From a virus, in the IMG/VR virus record IMGVR_UViG_3300022552_000002, positions 1 through 64,000 of that record: DNA of 64,000 bases; one strand, 5' to 3'. The notes beneath the pieces were generated by a model. The model did no database searches and had not been told where the DNA came from. It saw nothing but the letters and a program-made list of their open reading frames with translations. This document shows positions 30,489 through 42,113 of the stretch, one piece after another. Positions within the stretch are counted from its first letter, which is position 1. Each line of letters begins with the position of its first letter. The translations under genes and the position numbers were made by a program.

Positions 30489-33405
30489 ATGAAAGTGTGG
30501 AAGTATAATCTGAAGGGCTTGGATGCGCTCGAGGGCACACTAAAGTTAGTGGGTGAATTTGAGATACCATCACCAGCTCAACCAATTTCAGCTGCAATGA
30601 CTAGTGCATATCAAGCATCTATGTGGGTTCTTGTTGGTGATAATCCAGAAAAAACTAATGGTGTGAAAGTATTCTGTATTGGTACTGGATATGGAGAAAT
30701 ACCTGATGATGGTGACGATGAAGAAGAATATGAGTTTCTTACTACCATTCAAGATGATGCTTTCGTATGGCATCTCTTCTACACAGTGGAGTAGTTATGA
30801 AAATAGTGAATAAGCGTAAGAAGAAAAAATCTCTTACTCTCAAAGATATGACTTATGGTGATGATGTTTTTATTTTTCCAAATGAACAAGATGATGGAGA
30901 TTTTGATCCATGTATAGCTGTTAATCCTATTGAGCTTGGAGCTACTAGAGTTAAAAAAGGATCAAAAGGAAAGAGAAAACGTTCTTTTAATGTAAGAGAT
31001 TGGTTGATTGAAAATGATTATGTTGCTGTTGTAAGTTTAGATTCAGGAGTTATAACTGTTCATCCTGAAGAAATAATTGTTGTTTTGATGGATGTTAAGC
31101 TTGTCATTGAAGGTGAAAAGTGAACCATGATAACTGATAAACAAAGAGAAGCAGCAAAAAGAAAATTTGAAGAAGAATTTCTTACTACAAAGAAGATTCA
31201 AGAACAGGTTGAATATTGTCAATCGCAAATAGATAGAAAACAAGGACATTATCCTAATTGGGACGATGAAATGGTTATTCTTTTGTTAAAAGAAATTCTG
31301 AGATTGAGGCAAAGAGAAATAGATACAAATAGCGACATTCAAAGATTAAAAGGGATGTTGTACATACAAAGGAATAGAAATGTGTAAAGAACATTGTGGT
31401 ATTGATACTCCTCCATGTCCACCTAAACCTCGTCTCAGAGGTGAAGATCTTTTTGAAGACCCTAATACATGGAGTGCTATTGGTTATCATCATGGAACAA
31501 AAGGTCAAATTAATACACTTCTTTTATATACAGAAGAGTATTTACGACGAAGATCAGAAGGAGAGCAATAAATGAAAACAAATGTTCTATGGACTTGGAT
31601 TTATTTAGTAGTTATGTTTGTACTTTTATATTGTATGTTTTCAATGATAGTGTATTGGTTTAAGCATCCTGAACTTACGCAAATGCAACTCTTGCTTTAC
31701 CATTTCCTTGATGCAGTCCTTTGGAGGTAACGATGCCACATACGTTTAAAACCAATGTCTATTATATCAAGGAAGATGAAAATAGTCCTGTGAATGAATA
31801 TTTTCGTATTATGCCATCTTCAAGACGTGGAGCCATTGAAATATGGTTTGGTACGAAACGTAGTTTGAGACTTAGTCTTCCTATTGCTAGAGAGATTGCG
31901 AATAAGATTTTAGTTCTCTGTAATTTGTTAGAAGAGGAGCAATAAATAATGCTACGCAAACCCAGAGGTCGGCTGATCGATCAAGAGAAACAAAAGCAAC
32001 TTTCTTCTGAGTACGATCATTTTCTTGTAAAGATGCTGAATGAACCATTTCTCACAAGATGGTATAACGATTCAGAAGATTGTTTTGGAAAACATATTTC
32101 AATGAGAAGTTCTCATTGTAGAAATTCATGTTCATGTACTATATTGTGTAGACTCTTTTTCTGTAGATTCCATAAAACAAAGAATAAGTAATGTTTGTTG
32201 AAAGAGAAAAAATAGAGAAACTATTTGAACTTTGTTTTGATGATATGACAGAGTTTGAGAAACGTGAATTTGCCATGTTTTGTTTTACTCATCTTTACTT
32301 CATCACATGTGTAGTTGGTGATGATGGTTCGCCAGTTAGTCTCCAAGGATTAATGAAGTTTAGACAATCAATAACAACAAATCTTTCAAGAGAAGATTTA
32401 GAATACATCCGACGATTCTTTAGAGAAGTAAAAGATTTGTAAATGACGAAGACTGAGACATTAATTGTAATTTGTTTTGTTTCTTGTCCCTTTTGTAAGG
32501 CCAAGAAAGGCGAACATTGTGTATCTAAATGTAGAAGTTCTCATAGACACGATAAAAGATATAGACCTTATTGGGATCCTGAACATAAACCAAATTTAAA
32601 ATATAAACCTGTTTATTTCAAAGAGCTTTACACAGCATATGAATCCAGAAGAAGAAAGTATGAGGCCGTGAAAAATGCCTAGAACTTTGTCATCTGACTT
32701 AGCCCACATTGCAATCTTCATTGCTGAGATAGGTGAAGAATTTGAGATGCCCCTTGAAGAAGAGAAAAAAACAGAAGACAAATTCTTTATCATTGAGTTT
32801 TTTGCTTATATGGAAGTCAGCAAAGAATTTAGTTTGAGACGTAGGGGAATTGAAGATGGTTATTATGTTGAATTTGAAAACAAAATGACAATTGGAATTC
32901 ATTTGAAAGATATGAATGATGATATAGAGTGTTTAATGCAAACAAGAATATCAGGACAAATGGTTGGACTTTCTTTTCTTTTATCCAACATTGAAGCTAC
33001 AGCAAGAGTAGCTGATGTTTTGTTGGGTGAAGTTGTGACTATAGAACTGCGTTGGTAGGAGATAAAATGTCTGAAAGAAAAGACAAAAAACCTTCAAAGA
33101 AACCGGCAAAAACTAAAGCAGAACTTCTTGAATTAGCAGTTAAAGAAAGAGCAGAATTGCGTATAGCAATTCCTTTCGATGAAGTAGTAGATCTTCTTGA
33201 TGTAGAAAATAGCAATATTGACCTCGATCTTGTAGGCATTGAAATAGATTATGATGATTTTATGTTTGGATATGAGAAAAATTTCAAAGACGAATTGGTT
33301 GAAAAAACAAAAAGAACTTCAAAAATTATTGTATTTAAAGCTGTTGATTTTATTGAAGTTGAAGTTCCATCTGTAACGAAAAAAATCAGAACTTTGAAGC
33401 TTTGA
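30489..33405 (+). other. about 11 small hypothetical CDS (incl. membrane protein 31572-31730 and zinc finger 32443-32682)
   Basis: packed ORFs with RBSs; preceded by TGTAGTATATA at 30460. Confidence 0.65.
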
Positions 33406-33413
33406 AAATTTTC

Positions 33414-33442
33414 TTGCGAAAAGAAAAGAGCAGCGCTACAGT
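33414..33442 (+). promoter_or_regulatory. sigma70-like promoter
   Basis: TTGCGA-17bp-TACAGT upstream of 33489. Confidence 0.5.
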
Positions 33443-33488
33443 CAAGAGTAGCTAAGAGATCTCAGTTCAAGAGACCTCGGGAGGAAAA

Positions 33489-34013
33489 ATGGTTGCCAAG
33501 AAAAAGTCTTCGTCTATCCCCACACCCAAATCACTCAACCTTCTCAAGTATTTGGGCGATCTAACGCCACTTCAAGCGTTGGCTCTCACCAAGTTCAGTG
33601 TGGTTCCTAAGGAACTTGTCGGTGAACTCACTGACCAAGTCTCCGCAGGATGCCATGTGGTGGACTTCATTGTACGTTTCCGTGGTGAACTCACCAAGAA
33701 TCCTGACCACGAAAAGAAGCCTACCAGCAGCATTCCATGGCTCGTTGTGATCGCTCTCCTCGTTCGTCGTTCTGGTGCTACCAGAAAGAAGAGCGTAGAG
33801 ATGTTGTTTGAGATTCTGAAAGAAGCAATGAAACTCAACAAAGAAACAGATGAAGTTCGTGAAGAAATTCTTGAGAAAACTGGTGTTAGAGATGCAATGG
33901 AACAATTGTCGGAACATATTGACGACCTGCCTAAGATAACAGCTCGAGGTCATGTCAGTAAAAGATATGAAGTAGATTTGCTGGCAGACATTGAAGCTAC
34001 ACACGTTAAATAA
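33489..34013 (+). CDS. hypothetical protein, paralog of 4929..5381
   Basis: shared T.SIPWL motif region; GGGAGG RBS. Confidence 0.8.
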   Translation: MVAKKKSSSIPTPKSLNLLKYLGDLTPLQALALTKFSVVPKELVGELTDQVSAGCHVVDFIVRFRGELTKNPDHEKKPTSSIPWLVVIALLVRRSGATRKKSVEMLFEILKEAMKLNKETDEVREEILEKTGVRDAMEQLSEHIDDLPKITARGHVSKRYEVDLLADIEATHVK

Positions 34014-34059
34014 AAACAAAAGCTAGGCGTTAAATGCTTAGCTGAAAAAGGAGAGAGTT

Positions 34060-35298
34060 ATGATGAGTCCTCGTCAAGTGGTCTGTCCTACATGTGGTGT
34101 GCGTCCTGGTCAAAGCTGTGTGACAGTAGATGGTTTTCGAGCACATGGCTATCACGCTGCACGCAAGGGCGTGGCTAATGATAATGGTGCGGCGAAGCCA
34201 AAGCCAAAGAAGGCTAAGAAGAAGCTAGAACCAGCAATGCCGCAGCAGGTTGATGCTTCCAAATTAGTTAATCACATTGCTCTCATTATTGATGGTAGTG
34301 GTTCGATGGGTCATCTTTACAAGAAAGCGCGAGAGGTGATAAATAGTCAGCTGAAAACCATTAAGAAGAATGCAGCTGCAAATAGCATAAAGACTTTTGT
34401 TAGCCTCTATGTCTTTGAGGATAGAGTTAAAACAATTTATGTGAATGTGCCTATTAAGATGGCAGCGCCTTTGAGTGAATTTGATTACGGTCGAAATATG
34501 GGTATGACTGCGCTTCGTGATACAGTGATGCAGGCAGCAGCAGATTTCAATCAGTGGACAAACGATGTTAATCATAGCTTCCTCATTGTAACAGTGACAG
34601 ATGGAATGGAGAATGCATCTCGTCGATATAGAGGGCATTCAGGTAAGAAGCAATTCCAAGAATCTGTTGAAAGATTGCAGAAGACAGATCTCTGGACTTT
34701 TGTGTATTCTGTTCCTCCTGGTGATTCTCGGGAAGTTCAAGATAGTCTTGGTGCTCATCCTGGTAATATTCAGGAATGGCAACAGACAGAGCAAGGTATC
34801 AAGCGTGCTGGTGATATGATCTCTAGCGGTCTTGATACTTATTATACGAGTCGCGCACAAGGTCAGCGTTCAACTACAACCTATTTTGCAGATCTCAAAC
34901 ATGTTGATGATGCTGATCTCGAAAATCTCAATGATGTTTCTGGTAACTTCATTCGTTGGAAGATTCCTTATGATGTCGATATTCGTAGTTTTGTGAATGG
35001 AAAAGTCAATTCTGATATGCGTGTGGCCAGACAAATCGATAGGTACAGACAAGGTAAGGGCTACTATCAGCTGACCAAGAGCGTGCTTGTTCAGGAAAAT
35101 AAAAGGTTCCTCATCATGGACAAGAAAACAGGGGCGATCTTCGGTGGTGAGCAGGCTCGTGCGCTCGCTGGTATCCCCCTTGGCCAACGTCACCAAGTGC
35201 GTCCAGGGGATTTCAAAGACTACCTCCTGTTCATTCAGAGCACTTCTGTCAATCGCAAGCTCATTAGCGGAACTGTTCTTTTGTACGACACAAACTAG
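34060..35298 (+). CDS. vWA-domain protein with N-terminal zinc finger
   Basis: MIDAS DGSGS, GMTALRD, VTDGMEN; N-term CPTC...C...H. Confidence 0.85.
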   Translation: MMSPRQVVCPTCGVRPGQSCVTVDGFRAHGYHAARKGVANDNGAAKPKPKKAKKKLEPAMPQQVDASKLVNHIALIIDGSGSMGHLYKKAREVINSQLKTIKKNAAANSIKTFVSLYVFEDRVKTIYVNVPIKMAAPLSEFDYGRNMGMTALRDTVMQAAADFNQWTNDVNHSFLIVTVTDGMENASRRYRGHSGKKQFQESVERLQKTDLWTFVYSVPPGDSREVQDSLGAHPGNIQEWQQTEQGIKRAGDMISSGLDTYYTSRAQGQRSTTTYFADLKHVDDADLENLNDVSGNFIRWKIPYDVDIRSFVNGKVNSDMRVARQIDRYRQGKGYYQLTKSVLVQENKRFLIMDKKTGAIFGGEQARALAGIPLGQRHQVRPGDFKDYLLFIQSTSVNRKLISGTVLLYDTN

Positions 35299-35318
35299 AC
35301 TTTTGTAGTATATATAGT

Positions 35319-35385
35319 GGGGGTGCTGGTGGGAGGAAGCTCAGGAGAGTTTCAGACACTCCTCTCTGGGTTCCACCAGCACCCC
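35319..35385 (+). ncRNA. GC-rich intergenic structured RNA
   Basis: GGGGTGCTGGTGG/CCACCAGCACCCC perfect 13-bp closing stem plus inner stems; immediately after TTGTAGTATATATAG. Confidence 0.55.
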
Positions 35386-35397
35386 TTCGGAGATTGA

Positions 35398-35877
35398 ATG
35401 AAAATCATCTTCCTAGACATTGATGGAGTGCTTGTTACACCAGGCTCATTACGCGCTAGTGGTGGAAAAGTATTCTCTGATTTTCATCCTCCTTGTGTTG
35501 CTTGTTTAAACGAAATTATCAAGAAGTCAAACGCCAAGATTGTAATATCTAGCACTTGGCGTCATGGTCATCCAAAATATTTTGATATACGTTCGTTCTT
35601 AGAAGAACAAGGAGTCAAAGGCGAGATAATAGGAATGACACGAACTGGTGATTCTGCTCATCGTGGAATCAAGATCATGGCTTGGTTAGCAGATCATAGT
35701 AATGGTTTTCAAGTTAAAAATGCAGTAGGTCAAATAATAGGAAGTGATAGAATTGATTCATATGTGATTCTTGATGATACATTGGTTAGACCTTATGATA
35801 ATCTTGTCCAAACAGACATGAATGATGGACTCAATCCAAATCATATCAAAAAAGCATTGGAAATTTTGAATGGATAA
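35398..35877 (+). CDS. HAD-family phosphatase (Swiss-army-knife RNA-repair-like HAD)
   Basis: FLDIDGVL, IVISSTWR, YVILDD, GL. Confidence 0.85.
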   Translation: MKIIFLDIDGVLVTPGSLRASGGKVFSDFHPPCVACLNEIIKKSNAKIVISSTWRHGHPKYFDIRSFLEEQGVKGEIIGMTRTGDSAHRGIKIMAWLADHSNGFQVKNAVGQIIGSDRIDSYVILDDTLVRPYDNLVQTDMNDGLNPNHIKKALEILNG

Positions 35878-38532
35878 CAATCCAATACGTCCAGGAAGCA
35901 TAGATGAAATGTTTGGTAAGGTAATTCTTTGGGAATTAGAACAAGTAGCTGAAAATCTGAAGATAGATATAAAGGATGTTATTACCGCAATCAAATCAGG
36001 AAAATTAGCATTTGTTCAATTTCCTGGAGAAACAGAAAAAATAGCACTGTATCATTTGTATCAATATGTAGAACAGTACACGTACAAATATGATGAACTC
36101 AAACAAGAAATGATACAGATTATGAAAGGAAAAGAAAATGGCACTGAATAAACACGAATTGAGAATTCTTCTTGTTATTCTACAAAGAATGAATAAGGTT
36201 TCGAATAATTACGAATCGTGCAGTGAGTGTGGCACGATTCATGAAATTAATGAATTTGATGATTTGCAATTTGATTTTCAAATGGAAATCATCGATCATC
36301 CAAGTAATAGACAGATTGCAGTAGCTATGGAGAGTTTTATTATCGAAAGAAACAAAAGAAACGAAGATGATATGATTTTTGAAGCTGGTCAATCTAAACC
36401 TGGAAAGGGCCAGCGAAAGATGATTTACTTCAATTCGTACTATATGTTTGAGTATCTGATGCATAGGATAAAAGAAGAGAGCGAATAATGTCAGCATGGG
36501 CACATTTGGTAATTGTAATAGTGAATATTTTCTTTTGTATAGTTTTGTTGATACGATTGTTTAGGATGATATTTTTACAAAGAGAATTAAAAAGATTGTA
36601 TATGGTAGTAAAAATTCAAGATAAAGAAATATTTGATCAATTGATACAAATGAAATATATGAGTGTTCCTGGGAAGATATTGAACAAAAGCACAAACAGA
36701 TGATAGGAAGACACAATGGCAACTCCTAAGCTGAAAGAATTAGCTCGCAAAGAGCTTCGTAAACTTGCTGATGAATATGGTCTTGACATCTCTGAAGAGA
36801 TGAAGAAGAAAGATATACGTAAACTTATTAAGAAGAAAATGAAAGATGGAGTTGAACCTCCACGATCCAAGGATGAGTTAATTATCGATTTTATTAAGAG
36901 TATGGTTGCAATTGAAGAAGCAATAGAACCGTATAAGGAACAAAAGAAAGATCTCAAGAAGCAATACAAAGAGAATAGTTGGCTCGATGCCAAGGAGCAG
37001 AAGAGAGCACTTCAAGCTCTTCGTCTATTGAAGAATGGTGAGAATATTGATGCTCTTGTTAAATATTATCAAGAGATTCAACAACAGACTGGTATTGGAG
37101 AAGACTAATGAATAAGATGAAACCACTTGAACTTTCTCTTAATAGCTGTATGAATCCAATAGAGGTTATGAAAAGATTTGCAGATATTTGTGTCAAAATG
37201 AATGAAGTGATAGATGTTGTTAATATATTAACAAGAGAAAGATTATTGTCTTCTGAAGAGCGTAGAAAACTCGAGATAATGAAAATACAAGCTGAAGATA
37301 AAGTGAAGATATGATTTGCGAACACGGCAGAGATCGCAGTCAAGAACCGTGTAACGTTTGTGATGAATTGGAGACGTGCGATCCTAAACATCACAGACGT
37401 ATGAAGCGTGGAATACAACAAGGACAAAAAATGGATGTTAAAGAGAGCATTGCTATTCTTCTTACAGCAAAAGGCATGTTAGAAGATGAACTTCTGGAAC
37501 AAATTACTCGAATAATTAATACATTCAGAGAGACACATAGTATTGCTCCATCTGATATATACGTTGAAATGATTCACAGAGAAACACTTGGTCAACCAAA
37601 AGAACATGTAGTGGGTAGAATTCAAGTGTGTTTTGATTTGGAGTAATTATGAAAAACATCTATGTTGAAAAATGTTGTGAATGTCCATTCGTTTGTTGTG
37701 TAGGCGAAGACTTTGGTGAATATGATTGTGAATTTAAACCAAAAGGAATCGATAAAGAAGGTACATATGAAGATGGAAGAAAATATATTATTGCAGAAGA
37801 TATTCCTTCTGGAACAGAGAAACCACCTGATTGGTGTCCGCTAAGAAAAGAAGAAGTCATCACAGTCCAACTAACCATGAAGTGGGCTTTAGAGGAAGTA
37901 GATGGGAAATCATAAACACGTTAAGGTTCGTAACAACGAAGCTGCTATTGTTTTCACCAACGATAGAGGTTTCGATATCGTTACTGGTTACGGACCATTG
38001 CTTATTCTAAAAATGGCTCAAGCTTTTGCCGTGTGTTATGCTGTAACCACACATGAACATTTGTTTGATGCCTTTAGAAGAATTATTATTTCAGATATGC
38101 AGATTCGTAAGCATCATTCAACCGATGTTAAAGAAAGAATGCAAAGACAACAGATGATCGATTTGTTGTCTGATGGACTTGAAGAATTCGAAGACAAGGG
38201 GGGAGAAGAAGATGGTGATGGAGAAGATGGACCCACAGAAGAGACATGATGTAGTCGAAAGAATCGTCAACTCAGGTGATGAATCTGCGAATATTATTTT
38301 GCAGATTTGTGATGAAATAGAAGTAGAAGCCAATGGTTATGTTGATTTTCATATAGGTAAAAATGTATATTGCTGGAAAGAAGAAGGTGGTTGGTTGATT
38401 TTTCCAGAAAAAGAATTAACAGAATTTGCTTGTAATTTGATGAGAAAAAACACTGAAATGCAATCGTTGCTCGTTCAGCATTTTTCAACACATCAACAAT
38501 TAGAACGGTTAGCGCGGAGCCAAGATGACTGA
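35870..38532 (+). other. hypothetical CDS 35870-36151, 36138-36488, 36488-36703, 37108-37314, 37311-37646, 37649-37915, 37902-38249, about 38212-38532
   Basis: packed ORFs. Confidence 0.65.
36716..37108 (+). CDS. GapR/T4 DsbA-like dsDNA-binding protein with N-terminal Rho_N-like helices
   Basis: FIKSMVAIEEAIEPYKEQKKDLKKQYKE...LDAK...ALRLLK. Confidence 0.45.
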   Translation: MATPKLKELARKELRKLADEYGLDISEEMKKKDIRKLIKKKMKDGVEPPRSKDELIIDFIKSMVAIEEAIEPYKEQKKDLKKQYKENSWLDAKEQKRALQALRLLKNGENIDALVKYYQEIQQQTGIGED

Positions 38533-38875
38533 TGAAACCGATCTCTATTTTTATAAGGCAACGGTTCGTCGTGTAGTCGATGGCGACACAGTAGATCTCG
38601 ATGTAGATTTAGGAATGAAGTGCCACGTACACGAGAGAATACGATTCAACAATTTTGATGCTCCTGAAACCTATGGTGTGAAGAAAGATTCTGAAGAATA
38701 TCAACGTGGTTTAGCCGCGAAGATTGAGTTGCAAACTCTTCTTCCTGTGGGTCGTGAAGTTTTTGTGAAGACTTTCAAGGATAAAACAGGCAAATATGGT
38801 AGGTATATAGCTCAAATTTTTACTGGTGGTATTAATGTTGGTGAATTTATGGTTTCTTCTGGACACGAAAAGTAG
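38525..38875 (+). CDS. thermonuclease (SNase-like)
   Basis: RVVDGDTVD, RFNNFDAPE, GKYGRYIA. Confidence 0.9.
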   Translation: MTDETDLYFYKATVRRVVDGDTVDLDVDLGMKCHVHERIRFNNFDAPETYGVKKDSEEYQRGLAAKIELQTLLPVGREVFVKTFKDKTGKYGRYIAQIFTGGINVGEFMVSSGHEK

Positions 38876-38921
38876 GAAAATTTGTAGCTTTTGTAGTATA
38901 TGTAATATAGGAGAAAAACAA

Positions 38922-39552
38922 ATGTCGAATGGTTACAAGTTTTGTTGGAATTGTGAATATTATCATTCTCTTGGAATGAATGACGATTCTCATGGAAAAT
39001 GTCAAGGAACCCCTCCGAATCCATCGGTGACAGAAGGTAGTGGTTATCCTCGTGTTTCTTTCAATAGTGACTGTAGTTGCTGGAGACCGCATCCAAATAA
39101 AGTGAAGATTCCTGGTCAAGATCCATTGCAAAAACGTATCGATTCTGCTATCAAAGAATTAGTACAATTTGGAATGGGATTAGCTAAACAGCATCATCAA
39201 TTTAGACTTAGACCGCATGAAACTCTATCATTACAAGAATTAGAAAACGATCCTGAATATCAAAAATTATTACACATCATTAAAATTCTCTCTGGTGAAA
39301 ACGAAACAACGAACTCTGAAGAACAGATATAAAAGGAGAAAGAAAATGGCAAAGAAGAATCCTCTCGTCACTACTGCCAAGATCAAGGGTAAGGTCTACT
39401 ACTTCGTCGATGGAGTGGGACCAAAAGGCCCTCACGTTGAAGCTCGAGGCGACAGCGTGAAGTTCATCAATCCAGATGATGAAGAGACTCCCAAACGCGA
39501 CATGTCCTATGTCGGTTCTGCCATCAAGCTCATGGTTGAAGCTAATCAGTAG
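38922..39552 (+). other. two hypothetical CDS (38922-39332, 39346-39552)
   Basis: AGGAG RBSs; TTGTAGTATATG at 38891. Confidence 0.65.
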
Positions 39553-39654
39553 AGCTTCTGTATCGACAAGGACATTCAGTATCTAACGAGGTTTATGTCT
39601 CGTGATGCTCAAAAAGTATCTAACCAATCCTTGATTTTTTCAAGGAAACAAAGG

Positions 39655-40551
39655 ATGAAAACAATGGCAAATTCGAAAGTGGCAATCTTTGTGGATGGTA
39701 AGAATTTCTATGAAGGTCTTCGTGCCAGTGGATTGACTAACAAGATTGATTTTCCAGCTCTGTCTGAGTTTATGGTCAGAGTTGTAAGAGGTAATATACT
39801 TACAGGACTTCATTATTACACTGGTATTGAGCCAGTGGGATATCAACCACAGCAGCAGCCATCACAATCATCAGAAGACAATGACGAGAACAGTGATGAG
39901 AAGCCAGAGCAGCTTCAGGAGCAGAAGAGAGGCGGTCTTGATGGCTTTCTTTCATTCCTTGAGACGCAGCCTGGATGCTTTGTGTATCGCTTTCCTCGAC
40001 GCATTCGGCGTGTCTCTTGTGGTGAGTGTGGTCATGAGCACGCCTATACAGAAGAGAAGGCAGTTGACACGTCGTTGGTAGCGACCATGATTAGACAGGC
40101 GGCAATTGATGCGTTCGATTCAGCGGTGCTTTGTTCAGGAGATGCCGATCACACACCGGCACTTGAAGCACTACGGGACCTGGGAAAGCCTACCTGGGTT
40201 GCAACTTTCGGGGGTCATGGTCTCTCACGTCGTCTTCGTCAAGCGGCTTATGGCCACATCGATCTTTCCGCAGCCCATGGGAAGTATTCCGAGGGATTCG
40301 ATGAGGAAAATGAGAAGGGCGACGATGAATACGATGTGGTTGCGGCTCTTGAAGAAGCCGAAAAGTATTTCGGTGACGAACGTTATGTCGGCTTCAATAT
40401 GTTTGTGAAAGAATGGCGTTCAGAATATCTCCCAAAAAACATCACGCGACGTAAGCAATTCGTGCAGGAAATGATTGATGATGGACGAGTTGAAGCATAC
40501 GAAGCCGATGACGGATGCAGAGCCATTAGAACAATTTGTGCCGATAGCTGA
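39655..40551 (+). CDS. NYN/LabA (DUF88) PIN-like RNase
   Basis: IFVDGKNF, EKAVDT, SGDADHTP, LSRRL; start uncertain (39655 or 39664). Confidence 0.85.
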   Translation: MKTMANSKVAIFVDGKNFYEGLRASGLTNKIDFPALSEFMVRVVRGNILTGLHYYTGIEPVGYQPQQQPSQSSEDNDENSDEKPEQLQEQKRGGLDGFLSFLETQPGCFVYRFPRRIRRVSCGECGHEHAYTEEKAVDTSLVATMIRQAAIDAFDSAVLCSGDADHTPALEALRDLGKPTWVATFGGHGLSRRLRQAAYGHIDLSAAHGKYSEGFDEENEKGDDEYDVVAALEEAEKYFGDERYVGFNMFVKEWRSEYLPKNITRRKQFVQEMIDDGRVEAYEADDGCRAIRTICADS

Positions 40552-40787
40552 TCGCTCTGAGTATCCATTAAGCTACTATGACATCGTGGAGTACATGCTC
40601 CACGGTGATTATAGTAAATATCAATTCAAGCGTCCACCTGAAGAGGTGAGTGTTATGGTGCATGATTATATGTGTCATGCTGAAAAAGCATCGGCAATAT
40701 TCCATCCTGAATATGGATGGTTTGTAATCAAGGCACCATGTTCAGTTGTTGCATGGTGGAAGAAGACACACTTGATAGGAGATTGAG

Positions 40788-41327
40788 ATGTTTGCTACAG
40801 AATATTTTGAAGACGAAACATGTGATGGTGAGGGATGTAATGACGAAGAATGCATTTCAACAAAAATTCATTTTGTAGGATTACTTGTAGAATATGATCA
40901 TATTCTACCAACTGTTGAAATTAATCATAAGGGTGATATTTATTATAAATTAGCCAATGATGGAGGAGGTTTTAGCGAAGAAGAGAGTATAAGGACAGAT
41001 ATCGATGCTGCTCTTCTACGTCTTGAAAGAGAGTGCGCGGCAATAAAATCTTTCCACGGACAAATCAGAACAAAAGAACAAAGAAAAATCGTTGAGATTC
41101 TTGGTTTGAGGCACACTGGAAAGAAAATTGTGATTGAAAATAATAATGAATGCTACGGTTTACTATACAGTAAGAATGCTGAAGTTTGTAATCTTCATTG
41201 TGGATTAATGAAACAATGTATTCATAGTACAAAAATACTTCGAAAAAGAATAGAGAATGTTTTTCCAACTATGAGCAGAACAATCTTTAAGTTGATGAAG
41301 GAGATTATGGATAGCGATGAACGTTAA
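40788..41327 (+). CDS. hypothetical Cys-rich protein
   Basis: ORF with RBS. Confidence 0.65.
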   Translation: MFATEYFEDETCDGEGCNDEECISTKIHFVGLLVEYDHILPTVEINHKGDIYYKLANDGGGFSEEESIRTDIDAALLRLERECAAIKSFHGQIRTKEQRKIVEILGLRHTGKKIVIENNNECYGLLYSKNAEVCNLHCGLMKQCIHSTKILRKRIENVFPTMSRTIFKLMKEIMDSDER

Positions 41328-41859
41328 ATTACCAATTAATCCATTAAACGAGGGAGAAGAGAAATTCTACACTGGTGTAGGATCTCGAGCTATAGATTTC
41401 GATATTGATTTTCTCATGAAGAGATGTGGATATGTATTAGCAAACCTTGGTTATATCCTTCGTTCTGGTGGAGCAGAAGGTTCTGATAAAGCTTTTGAAG
41501 ACGGGTGTGACCAAATTGATGATAGTTTGAAAAGAATCTGGAGACCAAAACACGCAACACCAGAAGCGATTGAGATAGCAAAGCAGTATCATGGAAGATG
41601 GGATTTAGTAACTGAACATGCTGCGAAGCTTCATGGCAGAAACATTTTCCAAGTATTAGGAAGAAGTCTTGAGGTTCCAAGCGAGTTTGTATTGTGCTAC
41701 ACCCATGACGGTTGTACCAATCACAAAGATCGAACAGCTAAAACTGGTGGCACAGGAACAGCAATCAGTGTCGCAAGTGAACGAGGAATCCCAATATTCA
41801 ATCTCAAATTAGCCAGACATAGAAAAATAGTAGAAGAGTGGTTGAGGAGGTTTAGATAA
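41317..41859 (+). CDS. SLOG/DprA-like protein
   Basis: YTGVGSR, LRSGGAEGSD, GRNIFQVLG, GGTGTA, IPIFNL. Confidence 0.85.
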   Translation: MNVKLPINPLNEGEEKFYTGVGSRAIDFDIDFLMKRCGYVLANLGYILRSGGAEGSDKAFEDGCDQIDDSLKRIWRPKHATPEAIEIAKQYHGRWDLVTEHAAKLHGRNIFQVLGRSLEVPSEFVLCYTHDGCTNHKDRTAKTGGTGTAISVASERGIPIFNLKLARHRKIVEEWLRRFR

Positions 41860-42113
41860 TGTGGGTTTTATATGGGGTTTGTGCTTTCTCAGGTCATCCA
41901 GATGAAATTTCATCTTATGCTAAGTTCTCTTCTGAAGAATTAGCTAGAGAATATATCAAAAAATCATCTTTAAAGAAACCAACTAGATATACTGCTTTTA
42001 AAGCAAAAAGTCTTTTAGGTGGTTGTTGTGAAGCATATGTTGAATATGAAGACGAATTAGATATTGATCCTGTTTTTTGAAGAAAGGAAAAAATTTTTAA
42101 GACTAAAAGTTAT

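Noticed and set aside
35319-35385. SRP (4.5S) RNA or a simple terminator
   Set aside because: GGAAG and CAGG are not arranged as in SRP domain IV, and there is no U-tract.
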